This document shows positions 20,578 to 31,074 of a DNA stretch of 64,000 bases, piece by piece (position 1 is the first letter of the stretch; every line of letters begins with the position of its first letter). The notes under the pieces are model-generated. The model made no database searches, was not told the DNA's origin, and saw only the letters and a list, made by a program, of their open reading frames with translations. Made by a program: the position numbers and the translations under genes. The stretch is from a virus. The stretch covers positions 64,001 through 128,000 of the IMG/VR virus record IMGVR_UViG_3300018080_000003, one strand, 5' to 3'.

Positions 20578-21429
20578 TCACTTGACGTCCTCCGCGGTCA
20601 CGGGGCCCTGGTCCTCGGTCAGGCCGCGCGGGAACATGCTCCGCCGCGTGGGCGGTTGCATCTCGGCGGCGACCTTGGGTAGGTGCTCCTTGGCGGCTGC
20701 GACGCTCCGCGGGTCGGGCTCGTAGTTGTCCTGGAACTCGAAGCCCAGCTGCCCGTCGCCCAGCTCGTTGAGTAGCTGGACGGCTTGCTCTTCGACCTCC
20801 GCCTTGAACTCGGCTTCGAGGGCGGCGAGTCGCTGCGACCAGCGCACGGCTTTCTTGGCCCGCTCGCGAATCACGTTCGCGTACTGGCTGCAGATGACGT
20901 TGCCGATGCGAGCACGCTCCTCGGCGGCCATCAGATCGGCGACCTTGGCGAGGGCGTTCTCGATGTAGCGGGGTAGGTCTTGGTCGATGCCATCGTCGAG
21001 GAAAGCGGCGTTCGCCTCTTCTTCGGAGATGATCTGACTGGGCTTGTCTGCTTTGAATCGTCGGTCGGCGAAGAAAGTCACCTGACGTCCGTAGCCAAAG
21101 CCAGCGCTGGACTCGTCTTTGCGACTGTCGTTCCACCGACTGCTGAATTCTCCTGAGTACTTCTTGCCGTGCTCCTCTTCGAGCTGACGCTCAACGTCGA
21201 GCTTGATGAACCACCAGCCACTGACGTGGCGGTCTTCTTCGTGCTCCACTCGGAAGTACTCGATCGCTCGGTACTTCTCGTCGGTCATGTACACGTCGAT
21301 GGCTATCGAAGCATGCCGGTAGTAGAGCTTGTCCTTCCGGTTGTCCTTCGTGTGGGTGTTCCACCGATCGTCGGTGAAAACGTAGTCTGGCTTGTTGGCC
21401 ATCTCTTGCTTCTCTTGCTGCTGTTCCAT
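20578..21429 (-). CDS. Hypothetical protein
   Basis: AAGGAGGACAAC-ATG start, 283 aa. Confidence 0.7.
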   Translation of the reverse strand: MEQQQEKQEMANKPDYVFTDDRWNTHTKDNRKDKLYYRHASIAIDVYMTDEKYRAIEYFRVEHEEDRHVSGWWFIKLDVERQLEEEHGKKYSGEFSSRWNDSRKDESSAGFGYGRQVTFFADRRFKADKPSQIISEEEANAAFLDDGIDQDLPRYIENALAKVADLMAAEERARIGNVICSQYANVIRERAKKAVRWSQRLAALEAEFKAEVEEQAVQLLNELGDGQLGFEFQDNYEPDPRSVAAAKEHLPKVAAEMQPPTRRSMFPRGLTEDQGPVTAEDVK

Positions 21430-21506
21430 GTTGTCCTCCTTTGGTTCACGAATCGTCACCGAGCACGGTCCCGAAGGACCGAGCCCGAGAACGCGCCGTG
21501 AAGCGC

Positions 21507-22130
21507 TCAGAATGCGACCGTGACGACTTCGCCCCGCTTCGTGCGGGCCGAGCGGTAGCCGTGGGGCCGCTCGATGCCGAGGGCGACCCGCGCCGTCTGC
21601 GCGGCGCCCACGGCCGCGGCGCCCCGGGTCCCGAACGAAGCCCTGAGGCTGAGGTCCAGCAGCTCGTCGTGGTAGTAGACCAGTCTGGTTTCGACCCAGC
21701 GCCCGGGGCTGTCTGGGTCCTCGCTTACGGCCAGGAAGTACTTGATCCCAGACGGCTGCGCGATGACGGCGACGTTGCCTGACTTGTCGCTGATGAGTCT
21801 GCACTCATTCATGGCTGTCTCCTACAGGCTGTAGGCCTGGTACTTGGTTGACGTCCCCCGCATCGCGCCAAAGCTCGATCCGGTCCGCCCGAGACGGGCG
21901 GCGATGACGAAGCGCCGGGTGTCGGGGCAGACCTCGGCTTGCTCGACGATCGTGCCCTCGACCACGTCCTCCTCGGGCTCGAATCCCATGCGGATGGCGT
22001 AGTCGCGATCGAACTTGGCGTGCCGCTCGCACAGCACGTCAAACGATCCGTAGCGGTGCGAGAGCGCTGCTGCCACGCGGACAGCGTTGTCGCTGTACTC
22101 GCGCGGCATCCCTTGCTTGTAGTAGTTCAT
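21507..22130 (-). other. Two hypothetical CDS (21507-21812, 21822-22130)
   Basis: AGGAG RBS before each ATG. Confidence 0.65.
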
Positions 22131-22204
22131 GGTTGTTGTCCTCCTCTCAGCTCGCGTACGCGTGCACGCGAGCTGAGAGAAGGGCAGCAAGCTGCCCCTG
22201 CCCG
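22131..22204 (-). repeat. Cassette-junction element R1 (two hairpins plus RBS)
   Basis: GGGCAG-CTTG-CTGCCC, long stem, AGGAGGACAACAACC-ATG. Confidence 0.85.
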
Positions 22205-22249
22205 TCATTCCCAGACGGGCATGTCGTTTTCATCCCAGTGCCAGTCCAT
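22205..22249 (-). CDS. 14-aa micropeptide MDWHWDENDMPVWE
   Basis: AGGAGG RBS 5 nt before ATG; fills the space between upstream stop and R1. Confidence 0.5.
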   Translation of the reverse strand: MDWHWDENDMPVWE

Positions 22250-22258
22250 GGTCTCCTC

Positions 22259-22648
22259 CTAGAAATTGAAGTCGTAGTACTCGCTGCGCTTGCCGAGCAC
22301 CACGGTTCCCCCGCGTTGCTTGGTCGGCGTGCCTACGTGCTTGTAGATGTAGCCCTCGGCGTTCGGCCGCTTGCGGCGCGTGACGACCAGACGCTCACCG
22401 TCCGGGTTGCGTTCGTAGCGGTACCGCTGCGTGCCACTGGTGTGGCCCGCGAAACCTCCCGGACTGAACTGCAGCGCATCGGGCTCTCCCGAGCCATGTC
22501 CGTTCAGCAGGATGGCGCGGTCGCGCTGGAGCACGAGCTTGCGCCCGTTCTCCTTCACCTCGATGACAGTGAATGCCTGGCGATCGCTGTAGCAGTACAG
22601 CGTCGCGCCCATGCCGACCTCTGGTCGGACTTCCGTTTCGGTGTTCAT
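22259..22648 (-). CDS. Phage hypothetical protein
   Basis: PEVGMGAT...SDRQAFTVI...EYYDFNF; strong RBS in R2. Confidence 0.75.
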   Translation of the reverse strand: MNTETEVRPEVGMGATLYCYSDRQAFTVIEVKENGRKLVLQRDRAILLNGHGSGEPDALQFSPGGFAGHTSGTQRYRYERNPDGERLVVTRRKRPNAEGYIYKHVGTPTKQRGGTVVLGKRSEYYDFNF

Positions 22649-22719
22649 GTTGTTGTCCTCCTCTCTAGGCACATGTCGTGCATGTGCCCAGAGACGAGGG
22701 CAGCAAGCTGCCCCGCGGC
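22649..22719 (-). repeat. Cassette-junction element R2
   Basis: 22644-22713 is the exact reverse complement of 25527-25596. Confidence 0.9.
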
Positions 22720-23454
22720 TCAGTGAGCCGCAATCCAAACCGACTTGGCCCCCGACGCGTTGCCGCGGCAGAGCCCGCAGGTGGCGCACGTAGCGCGACC
22801 CGAGACCGCCGGACAAGACACCTCACCCTTGGCCGGAGCCGCATCGCGGTCCTCGTCAGCCCGGAAGTAGCGCCAGCCCGCGGCCCGCGCCTCGGTCGCA
22901 TCCGCCGGACTGTCGCAGCTGGCCATGAGCCATGCCGCAAGCTCCGGGCGCGAACGCCACGAGTGAGTGTAGCCGGTCCAAGAACCCGCCGCGTCGGCCA
23001 GCTCCGCTACCAGCTCCACTGGCAGCGCAGCCGGGTCACCGTACGCCCCAAAGCGAAGCGCCTTACCGCGCAGACGCGACAGCGCCCGAACCTTGTTGGT
23101 CCCGCGGCTGTAGGTCGACGCCCACACGCTACGTGGCGCCTGAAAGGCGCGCTTGGCGACGTAGCACATGGTGAGACCGTTCTCCCGGGCCACCGAAGGG
23201 CGCCGAGGACAGTCGCCGCAGATCGCAGCGTCCTCGCCCGTTTTGATCGCCTCATGCGGCGCGACGTCGGCAGGAAGGATCCACAGCTGGACCATGTGGC
23301 CCGTCTTAGTATTCTTGCTGTCGGCGTCGAGACCCGTCAGGACCGCGACGATCGGCTCGCCGTTGAGCCGCGACGGTCCGCGCCAGATCACCTCAGACCG
23401 AGGCGTCCGCTTTCGGATCACGTCGCGCTTGGCGCGAATGTTGATCAATTGCAT
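22720..23454 (-). CDS. Cys-rich phage protein (gp88/DUF7227-like, possibly Fe-S binding)
   Basis: NTKTG, CGDCP..CY, LRFGAYGDP, GYTHSW, CPA...CATCGLC. Confidence 0.65.
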   Translation of the reverse strand: MQLINIRAKRDVIRKRTPRSEVIWRGPSRLNGEPIVAVLTGLDADSKNTKTGHMVQLWILPADVAPHEAIKTGEDAAICGDCPRRPSVARENGLTMCYVAKRAFQAPRSVWASTYSRGTNKVRALSRLRGKALRFGAYGDPAALPVELVAELADAAGSWTGYTHSWRSRPELAAWLMASCDSPADATEARAAGWRYFRADEDRDAAPAKGEVSCPAVSGRATCATCGLCRGNASGAKSVWIAAH

Positions 23455-23527
23455 GTTGTTGTCCTCCACTCTGCGCGCATGCGTCACATGCACGCAGAGG
23501 GGAGAGCAGCAAAGCTGCCCAGACGGC
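23455..23527 (-). repeat. Cassette-junction element R3
   Basis: GGGCAGCTTTGCTGCTC, long stem, GGAGGACAACAAC-ATG. Confidence 0.8.
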
Positions 23528-23962
23528 TCACTGCTCGCGCAGCACCGTCATCGCATCCTCGTCGAGGCCCGCGAGGAATTCGTCGACCTTGTCCACGGTC
23601 GCGACGCACGCCTCGTAGATGCGCTCTGCGCGTCGCGAGTCCGTGTCGTACCCAAACTCCGCACAGAAGTCCTCGAAAGACTCGCAGTAGCGAGCCGCGT
23701 CCGCGTCGGACATCAGGCTGTGAAGCACGTCCGCCGCTTTGGGTTCGTGCTGAAACGCCGGACCCATGTGGAAGCTGGTGGTCAGCGTCCGCATGGCAGG
23801 CTTGCTGAAGTGAGGGCCCGGTCCGGGCCAGCTCAGCGTGACCGTCCAGCTCGTAGACCCAGCCGGCATGTCGCTCGGGGTGACGTCCACGCAGCCCATG
23901 ACGGACTGCGTGCGGATCCCAAGCTTTTTGCAGAGCTTGTCTGCGTCAGTGAGATTGTTCAT
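23528..23962 (-). CDS. Phage hypothetical protein
   Basis: ADVLHSLMSDA...SFEDFCAEFGYDTDSRRAERIY; strong RBS. Confidence 0.75.
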   Translation of the reverse strand: MNNLTDADKLCKKLGIRTQSVMGCVDVTPSDMPAGSTSWTVTLSWPGPGPHFSKPAMRTLTTSFHMGPAFQHEPKAADVLHSLMSDADAARYCESFEDFCAEFGYDTDSRRAERIYEACVATVDKVDEFLAGLDEDAMTVLREQ

Positions 23963-24039
23963 GATTGTTGTCCTCCTGCGGAGCCCCGTTGCGCACGGAG
24001 CCCCGCAGGAGAGCAGCAAACGCTACTCTCGCGTCGCGG
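23963..24039 (-). repeat. Cassette-junction element R4
   Basis: GAGAGTAGCGTTTGCTGCTCTC, long stem, AGGAGGACAACAATC-ATG. Confidence 0.75.
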
Positions 24040-24297
24040 TCAGGCCGCGTCCTCGTCGGCGACCATCAGCACCACGTGGTGCCGCGACCCGCCGTCGGTG
24101 GTCCCGCAGCAGTCGCACGAGCGCCACGAGAACTCCTCGTCGCGCTCCGCGTCGCCGTTGCAGAGCCATCCTTCCTGCGAGAGCGCATCCAGCCCCTCGG
24201 CTACCTCGCGCTCGCGCTCGTCGGTGATGTCATCCACGTAGCCGTGCGCAATCGTGTGCACACAGTCCACGCAAACCTCTAGGTCGTGAGTTTGCAT
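24040..24297 (-). CDS. Small acidic Zn-binding phage protein
   Basis: CVDC...FSWRSCDCCG...GSRH; AGGAGG RBS. Confidence 0.7.
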   Translation of the reverse strand: MQTHDLEVCVDCVHTIAHGYVDDITDEREREVAEGLDALSQEGWLCNGDAERDEEFSWRSCDCCGTTDGGSRHHVVLMVADEDAA

Positions 24298-24589
24298 ATC
24301 TGTCCTCCTGTCGCCCACTAGGGCAACGCTGACCCCCGTTGCGCTCTGCAGCGCCCCGGGCCGTCGTTCCACCCCCTGCCCCACCGCTGCACCCCGATGC
24401 CCCTGGCCTGTGAAGCGTGACGCTAATAGTAATTAGCGTCACGTATAACATGGTACGTTACGGTTACTGAAATATCGTCACGCACCACACAACAAGTAAA
24501 ACGGGGGTCAGCGGTGGGGCAGGGGGTGACCGGCAGGGTCGAGGCACAACGGGGTGCCGCGATGGTACAGCCGGTGAGAGGACATACAG
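24298..24589. promoter_or_regulatory. Symmetric divergent control hub
   Basis: 20-bp perfect inverted repeat 24370-24389 / 24509-24528; palindrome 24416-24443; AT-rich core; strand switch. Confidence 0.75.
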
Positions 24590-24996
24590 ATGACCAAGCT
24601 ACTTACTAAGAGCATCGAGCGATGGCGCGCTACGGCGAGTCAGCGTCGCTTGCACGGCGGTGCGACCGTCACGCGGTTCTTCGTCTGCGAAGCGGACGGG
24701 GAGCGCCACGGCGAATTCGTCGGTTATGGCCGAACGCCTGGCGACCGTAAGAGCTATGCCATGGCTGCCGCCCGCAAAGCGTGGGGGCTGTCATGATGCG
24801 GCTCTGCTACTACCCAGCGAACGTGGCTTGGGGGTTCGTCTTTGGCGACACCCCGATCCGCATGGGCGACGGGCCGCTGCTCTACAGCGGGAAGAACGCC
24901 AAGGCGAGGGCCAAGGCGGACGCGGCGCGGCAGGGCCTGACGGTCGTGCTCGGACGCGTGGTTCCCGCGGGGCCTAACCGCGACGCGGCTCGCTGA
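24590..24996 (+). other. Two small hypothetical CDS (24590-24796, 24793-24996)
   Basis: GAGGA RBS; ATGA coupling. Confidence 0.6.
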
Positions 24997-25069
24997 GCCG
25001 TTCGGGCAGCTTGCTGCCCTGCTTTCAGCTCGCATGCCAGACATGCGGGCTGAAAGGAGGACAACAACC
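24997..25069 (+). repeat. Cassette-junction element R5
   Basis: Covaries with R1; GGGCAGCTTGCTGCCC at 25004-25019. Confidence 0.85.
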
Positions 25070-25519
25070 ATGAAAACTATCGAGCTGAAACAAGACACGA
25101 TTCTCGTGTCGGCAACGACGCCCCTCGGAAGCCCGATCCTCACTGAGGACGACGGCATGGGCCCGCTCTGGGCCTGGAGCGACAACCCCTACGGTGGCGT
25201 CTCTGCCATCGTTCGGGCGCAGTCCTACGAGAAGGCTCTGGAGATCGTTTACGATCTCCTGCCGACGATCCCGGAAGACGAGGTGCACGAGGCCTATGGC
25301 TTCGACTGCGAGGGCGAGTTCCAAGCGGCCATCTCGCGGGGCGAGCAGCCGGAGCTGATCGAAGGCTACCACGACCAAGCCAACAGGAGCGGCACGGGAA
25401 TTGTCTCCGTCGACCACTGCGAGCGCATGTGGAAGCTGGACCACGAAAACGCAAAGTATGCGGTCCGGCTGAAGGTGCGTCACTTGGACGACGTTCTTCT
25501 CGACGACTTGTTCGATTGA
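25070..25519 (+). CDS. Hypothetical acidic protein
   Basis: Bounded by R5 and R6. Confidence 0.7.
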   Translation: MKTIELKQDTILVSATTPLGSPILTEDDGMGPLWAWSDNPYGGVSAIVRAQSYEKALEIVYDLLPTIPEDEVHEAYGFDCEGEFQAAISRGEQPELIEGYHDQANRSGTGIVSVDHCERMWKLDHENAKYAVRLKVRHLDDVLLDDLFD

Positions 25520-25591
25520 GATGTCAGGGCAGCTTGCTGCCCTCGTCTCTGGGCACATGCACGACATGTGCCTAGAGAGGAGGACAACAAC
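25520..25591 (+). repeat. Cassette-junction element R6
   Basis: Identical to R2 over 70 bp, inverted. Confidence 0.9.
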
Positions 25592-26440
25592 ATGAAGTAT
25601 GCGACAAAACGCTTGCTCGATTCCGTCTGGACCGTGGCATTCACGGTCACGAAGGATGGCAAGGCAACGATCCACGGCTACAGCCGTGACTGCCAGCTGG
25701 GTTACGACCTGGAGGGCGATCTTCCGGTGTGCCGGCTCATCGAGGGTCCAGGCCGTGAGGTAAAGGCGCTCGACGTCAAGCTCGCGACCGAAGCGGGCTC
25801 GCGTTCGACCTTGTATCAGGTGTCGAACCCTCGGCACGTATTCAGCTACGGCGAGGTACAGGTATGACGACCACCAGGCGTGCACGGCGCTTCGCGAACC
25901 AATACGGGTTCGGCTCCGATCTTCGAAAGCTCAAGCGGCCGGCTCGGCGGCGCGAGCGCCGCAACATCAACCAGGCGATCCGACGCGGCGACTACGATGC
26001 GGCGATGCGCCCCCTGACAGAGAGGTACGTGGCATGAACAAGAACACGGAGAAAGCCGCCAGGTTTCATATCCGCTGCTGCCTGCGACGTGGGCGCAGCA
26101 AAAGCCAGGCCTACAACCAGCTGACGCGAGCGTTCGGCTATGGTCCGGACATCGGTGCACTCATCGACGATGAGTACGAGAAAGCGAAAGGGGACGTGGC
26201 ATGAATCTGAACGGCAACATCAAGCATGGCCGCTTCGGCGGCGACGTGTTGGCGGCTACGCGCTGGGAGAAGAGGGAAGGCATGCGAAAGAGTCGTGTCG
26301 TCCTGATCCAGATCGCCAGCGAGTGGTGTACAGCCATCCACTGCGAGGGGGATTATGAGTGGCTGTACGGCAAGTACTTCGTGACCCCGGAAGCGGCGTG
26401 GGAGAGCTTCACGGAGCGGGCGCGAGACTTGCTCTCGTGA
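25592..26440 (+). other. Four small coupled CDS (25592-25867, 25864-26037, 26034-26204, 26201-26440)
   Basis: ATGA overlaps; the two middle ORFs are under 60 aa and both end GTGGCATGA. Confidence 0.6.
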
Positions 26441-26512
26441 GGCGATAAGACAGCAGGGATGCTGTCTTCCTTTCGGTGCCTGGCATGGGTCAGGCTTCGA
26501 AAGGAGGACAAC
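26441..26512 (+). repeat. Cassette-junction element R7 (diverged)
   Basis: AAGACAGCA-GGGA-TGCTGTCTT, CCTTTCG...CGAAAGG stem, AGGAGGACAAC-ATG. Confidence 0.65.
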
Positions 26513-27174
26513 ATGAACACGTTCAACATCAAGACGGACGAGCACGGCGATCAGACCGTCGAGATCCGAAACGAGCAGGGCGACGTGGTGGCTGAGATCA
26601 TCGCGGTGCCCGTCAGCAAAGATGGCATGAGCATCGACGTTCGGCCGATGGTTCACGCCAGGGTGCAGAACATCGTTTTCGGTGTCGATGAGATGGATCG
26701 CATGAGCGACCGCTTCGTGTACAACACCAAGAACCACAACGGCAACATCAACGATGTTTGCCTCCCCTTCGTGTGCGTGGAGGTCAACCCGTCATGAGAC
26801 AGCTACCGGCAAACCTTCAGGGAAAGCTCATCGAGAGCTACTACGACGGGGGCGAGACCCCGCTCGACTACAACCACCCCGACTTCGACGCGACGCGCGT
26901 CGCGACCGCCATCGTGCGGCACGCCTACGCGATGGGCATCGAGGAGGGGCGAGACCGCGCCGAAGGTCGCTACCCGATGGTTAACGGGAGGATGGGTGCG
27001 CGAGTAAAGCATCCTGTGGGGGGAGAAGAGGTACACGCACAAGACGCGATCGAAGACCTTGATGGCATCCTTTGTGTGATCCTCAGCCATCTGGTCGGTC
27101 GTATGCGGTACACGGAGATGGTCATCGCGCGGGCTCACCAGGAGCTAGAGCGGGCGGTCGTCAAAGAAGCCTGA
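26513..27174 (+). other. Two hypothetical CDS (26513-26797, 26794-27174)
   Basis: RBS and ATGA coupling. Confidence 0.6.
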
Positions 27175-27273
27175 GAGGGAAGCGCCTTGCTGGCGCCCCT
27201 CGGGGCGCACGAAAGTTCAATCCAATTGAACGTTCGTGCGGCCCGAGGTGCACGAGCACCCAAGGAGACAAGC

Positions 27274-27662
<389 letters not shown>

Positions 27663-27666
<4 letters not shown>

Positions 27667-29758
27667 ACGGCTCTCCCATCTCTGTGGGCAGCAAGGTGCA
27701 CGTCGGCGAGCCCTACTCGGACGAGTACGACGAGGGCACCGTCGTCGAGCGTGAAGGCGACTGTCTCCTGGTCTTCTGGTCGCGCTGCGGCGAGGAGTAC
27801 TGGGAGGCAGAGGACGTGCTGAACCACGGTCACCCTGGCTGCTGGCCGGAGGTGCCGATCGCTGAGCGCGCGAGCTGAGCTGAGTTGAGCGTGCAGACTT
27901 GAGCGGCCCTCAGGCCGCCGCCGCGCCCCTTGGGGCGCCGTGTCCACTCTCCGTCCTCCGGGACGGGGCGTGGCCACGGTGCATCAGGCATCGACAGGAG
28001 GACGACATGGAACGACATCAGATCAACAACGAGGACCACGACCGCCAGGCGCTCGAAGCCTGTGCGGCATCCCACGAGCAGTTTCTCCATGAGCTGGGCG
28101 CCTTCATGGGCATGCTCAAGGAAGATGCCGAGGCCAAGGACCTCGACCACACCGACGTCTTTCGGCTCATCGACGAGGCGGCGAAGATCCTGGGTCCGAA
28201 CACCCGGCTCGATCAGCACGTCCAGTGCACGCAGGAGCTGATCCGAAACCTCGCGGAGGCCGGGCGCTCGCACCGCATCGCCTGGGTTCGCCGCGGGCTG
28301 CAGACCGCTTACAACGGCGCCAAGCGGCACCGCGACTACCTGAGAGGCGAGCTTTGAGCTGACCCTTCCTCGCTAGGGCCTGAGGAGCTATCTTCTCGGG
28401 CCCCTGCGAGGGCGCGTGAGCCCAACAGAGGAGAACCAAAGATGATCAGAAGGAAGGCAAGCACGGTGCAGCAGTCACAGCGCGAGCGCGAGAAGGCGCG
28501 GGCGTATTGGAACACGCTGATGCCTCAGGACAAGGAAGCGCTCGCGGACGCGATGGTGTTCGGCGAGAACCTGGTCGAGGCCGGGTTCTTCGAGCGGCTT
28601 CCGAGCGGCATCTTCCAGGATGAGCTGGGCGAGCTGATGGTTCAGCGAGAGATCGACTTCATCCCCCGCGCATGAGCGTGGGTCGAAAGGGGACAGACAT
28701 GAACGACGACAAGGCAGGAAAGATCGCGCTGCTCGCGGCGGAGAACGCGGCGGAAGGCTTCATCTACGGCATGGTGCAACATGCAGCGGAGGCCATCAAC
28801 AAGCTGGCGGAGGATCACTCAGTGAGACTCACCGACGCGAAGATCCGACTCAGTTACGGCCGCCGTCGCGGCATGAACGTGAGCTACGGCTGGCGCGCGG
28901 AGATCGAAAAGGGCGCCTTCGACGTGGATGAGGGCGCCGTCTACGCGTTGCGCGACATCGCGGAGAACGGTCGGAGCTGGGAGTCGGACGGCGCCGTGAG
29001 GGCGGTGGAAACGATGATCTCCTGGATGGGAGAGGTCTTCCGCGCTGGATCTCGGCGCCCGTCGTGGGAGGACTCAAAGTGAGCTACAAGAGCCTCAGCG
29101 ACGCGCCCTGGTGCCAGGCCCTGAACGACTGGATCGAATCCCAGAACGCTCGGGTGCTCTGGCGCGAGCTGAAGACGGACCGGGAGGTCAGCTGCTACGA
29201 GGCGAAGGGTAAGATCTTCGTGGTCGTCGCCTACGCCCACGGCTGGGAGCTGCTCATTCCTGCGTCCGCAGACAACGACGTCAAGAAGACGCTGGAGGCC
29301 GCGGAGGCCTACCTCAACGCACACCACGAAGGAGAAAACTGATGCCATTCATCGTAGGCAAAGAACTGCGCGCTGGAGCGCGCCTGACCATCTCAGCACC
29401 GCAGGGGGGAGGCGAGAGTAACCCTGGAATGACCATCTCCGTCTCAGACGACGCTTCTCTGACGGAGGCTTTGGAGATCCAAATCAGCCACGAGGACCTC
29501 ATGCGGGCGCTGACCGGCCACGGCTATATCCGATGCCAGGCCACCTGGCGCGTGTCCAAGCTCGGGCTCAAGCGCGAGCACAAGGAAGAGAAAGGTGTGA
29601 CCGAGGAGAACCTTCACACCTTTGAAGTCGATGGCTGGAAGGGCCGGAAGGAAGACCTCAAGAACTTCCATCGCAGAACCTACGACAAGAAGAGCGGGGA
29701 GTACACCGCTCGCGTTGGCTTCGAGCGCTGGGTTCCGATCGAGGACGAGGATGTATGA
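27663..29758 (+). other. Six hypothetical CDS (27663-27878, 28007-28357, 28442-28675, 28699-29082, 29079-29342, 29342-29758)
   Basis: Consecutive + strand ORFs with RBS. Confidence 0.6.
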
Positions 29759-29814
29759 GCCTCGGTTCTTCCCTCGGCTGGGGGACGTCAAGCTCATCCA
29801 GGAAGGCAAGAGAG

Positions 29815-29844
29815 TTGACTCAGACTCGTAACAGGCGTTACAAC
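29815..29844 (+). promoter_or_regulatory. Promoter TTGACT-18-TACAAC with GTAAC-N4-GTTAC site
   Basis: GTAACaggcGTTAC at 29828-29841. Confidence 0.6.
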
Positions 29845-29867
29845 AGACATCGAAAGGGGAACAACAC

Positions 29868-31070
29868 ATGACTGCCAAGCTCAAGGCTGTGGAAGAACAG
29901 CCCAAGACCAACCCACTGCACGACAAGGTCGTGTCCATCCGCCGCGCCCTTGAGGGCGCCATGCTGGAGCGCGAGGACGCGATCGAAGCGCTCATGCTCG
30001 CGTTCGTGACGCAGGAGCACGTCGTCTTCGAGGGGCCGCCCGGCACGGGCAAGAGCTACTTCGTCGATGCGCTCTTCTCGTGCATGGAGGCCGACAACCG
30101 CTACGTGCGGCGGCTCATCCACAAGTTCATGACCCCGACCGAGTTAATCGGCGGGATGGACCTGAAGCACTTCCAGGAGCACGGCCGGGTGCGCACGGTC
30201 ATCGAGCGCGGCCCGGCTACGGCGGAGGCGGTGTTCCTGGATGAGATCTTCAAAGCGAACGGCGCGTGCCTCAACTCCCTACTCAGCCTGCTCAACGAGC
30301 GGCTGTTCATGGACCAGGAGCGAGGGACCATCGAGGTGCCCCTGCGCATGTGCGCGGCGGCCTCCAACGAATTCCCCGAGGACAAGAGCCTCGCGGCGCT
30401 GTACGACCGGTTCCTGTTCCGCTGCCAGGTGAGCTTCCTGCGGCCCGAAAACCGCAAGCGGCTGCTCATGCGCAAGGCTGGCCAGGACAAGCGGGCGCAG
30501 GCCTTCGAGCCGCCCGTTCAGCTCACTACCGACGAGTGGGATCAGATCGCCGCCGAGGCCGACGAGGTCACCATCCCCGAGGCCGTCATCGACGCCATCC
30601 AGAGCTTGGAGCACAAGCTCTTTCACGAGCACGGCCTTACCAGCTCCGACCGGCGCTTCGTTCAAGCCCTGCGCGCCATCAAGGCCGCTGCCTGGCTCGA
30701 TGGGGACGACGAGGCCGACGTCAGCCACATCGAGGCCCTTCGCTTCGTGCTCTGGGACACCCCCGAGCAGCGGGAGAAGGTCGAGGACGCCATCGCAGCC
30801 ATGGACCAGGGTGAGACCAAGGCGCTCATCGACGCCATGGACAACGCCCTGCGCGCCTTCCACAGCCGCCCCACCGAGAACGCGGCCCTCTACGAGGCCA
30901 TCCCGCAGATCCTCGCAGGCATCAAGGCTGCCGCCGAGCAGGCCCGCGAAGCGGTCACCTCCGGCCGGCTCTCGCGCAAAAACGTCGACAAGATCAAGCG
31001 CCGCGGCGCTGAGGTCGCCGAAGCGCACAAGGAACTCATCAAGCTCATGCAGTCTGGGGTGGAGTTCTGA
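29868..31070 (+). CDS. MoxR/RavA-family AAA+ ATPase
   Basis: GPPGTGKS Walker A, FLDEIFKAN Walker B, AASNE, ALYDRF, SDRR. Confidence 0.9.
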   Translation: MTAKLKAVEEQPKTNPLHDKVVSIRRALEGAMLEREDAIEALMLAFVTQEHVVFEGPPGTGKSYFVDALFSCMEADNRYVRRLIHKFMTPTELIGGMDLKHFQEHGRVRTVIERGPATAEAVFLDEIFKANGACLNSLLSLLNERLFMDQERGTIEVPLRMCAAASNEFPEDKSLAALYDRFLFRCQVSFLRPENRKRLLMRKAGQDKRAQAFEPPVQLTTDEWDQIAAEADEVTIPEAVIDAIQSLEHKLFHEHGLTSSDRRFVQALRAIKAAAWLDGDDEADVSHIEALRFVLWDTPEQREKVEDAIAAMDQGETKALIDAMDNALRAFHSRPTENAALYEAIPQILAGIKAAAEQAREAVTSGRLSRKNVDKIKRRGAEVAEAHKELIKLMQSGVEF

Positions 31071-31074
31071 GGTC

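Noticed and set aside
22131-26512. CRISPR array or classical integron attC array
   Set aside because: Intervals are whole genes of 0.4-0.9 kb; no consistent RYYYAAC/GTTRRRY ends; no cas or integron integrase gene in the window
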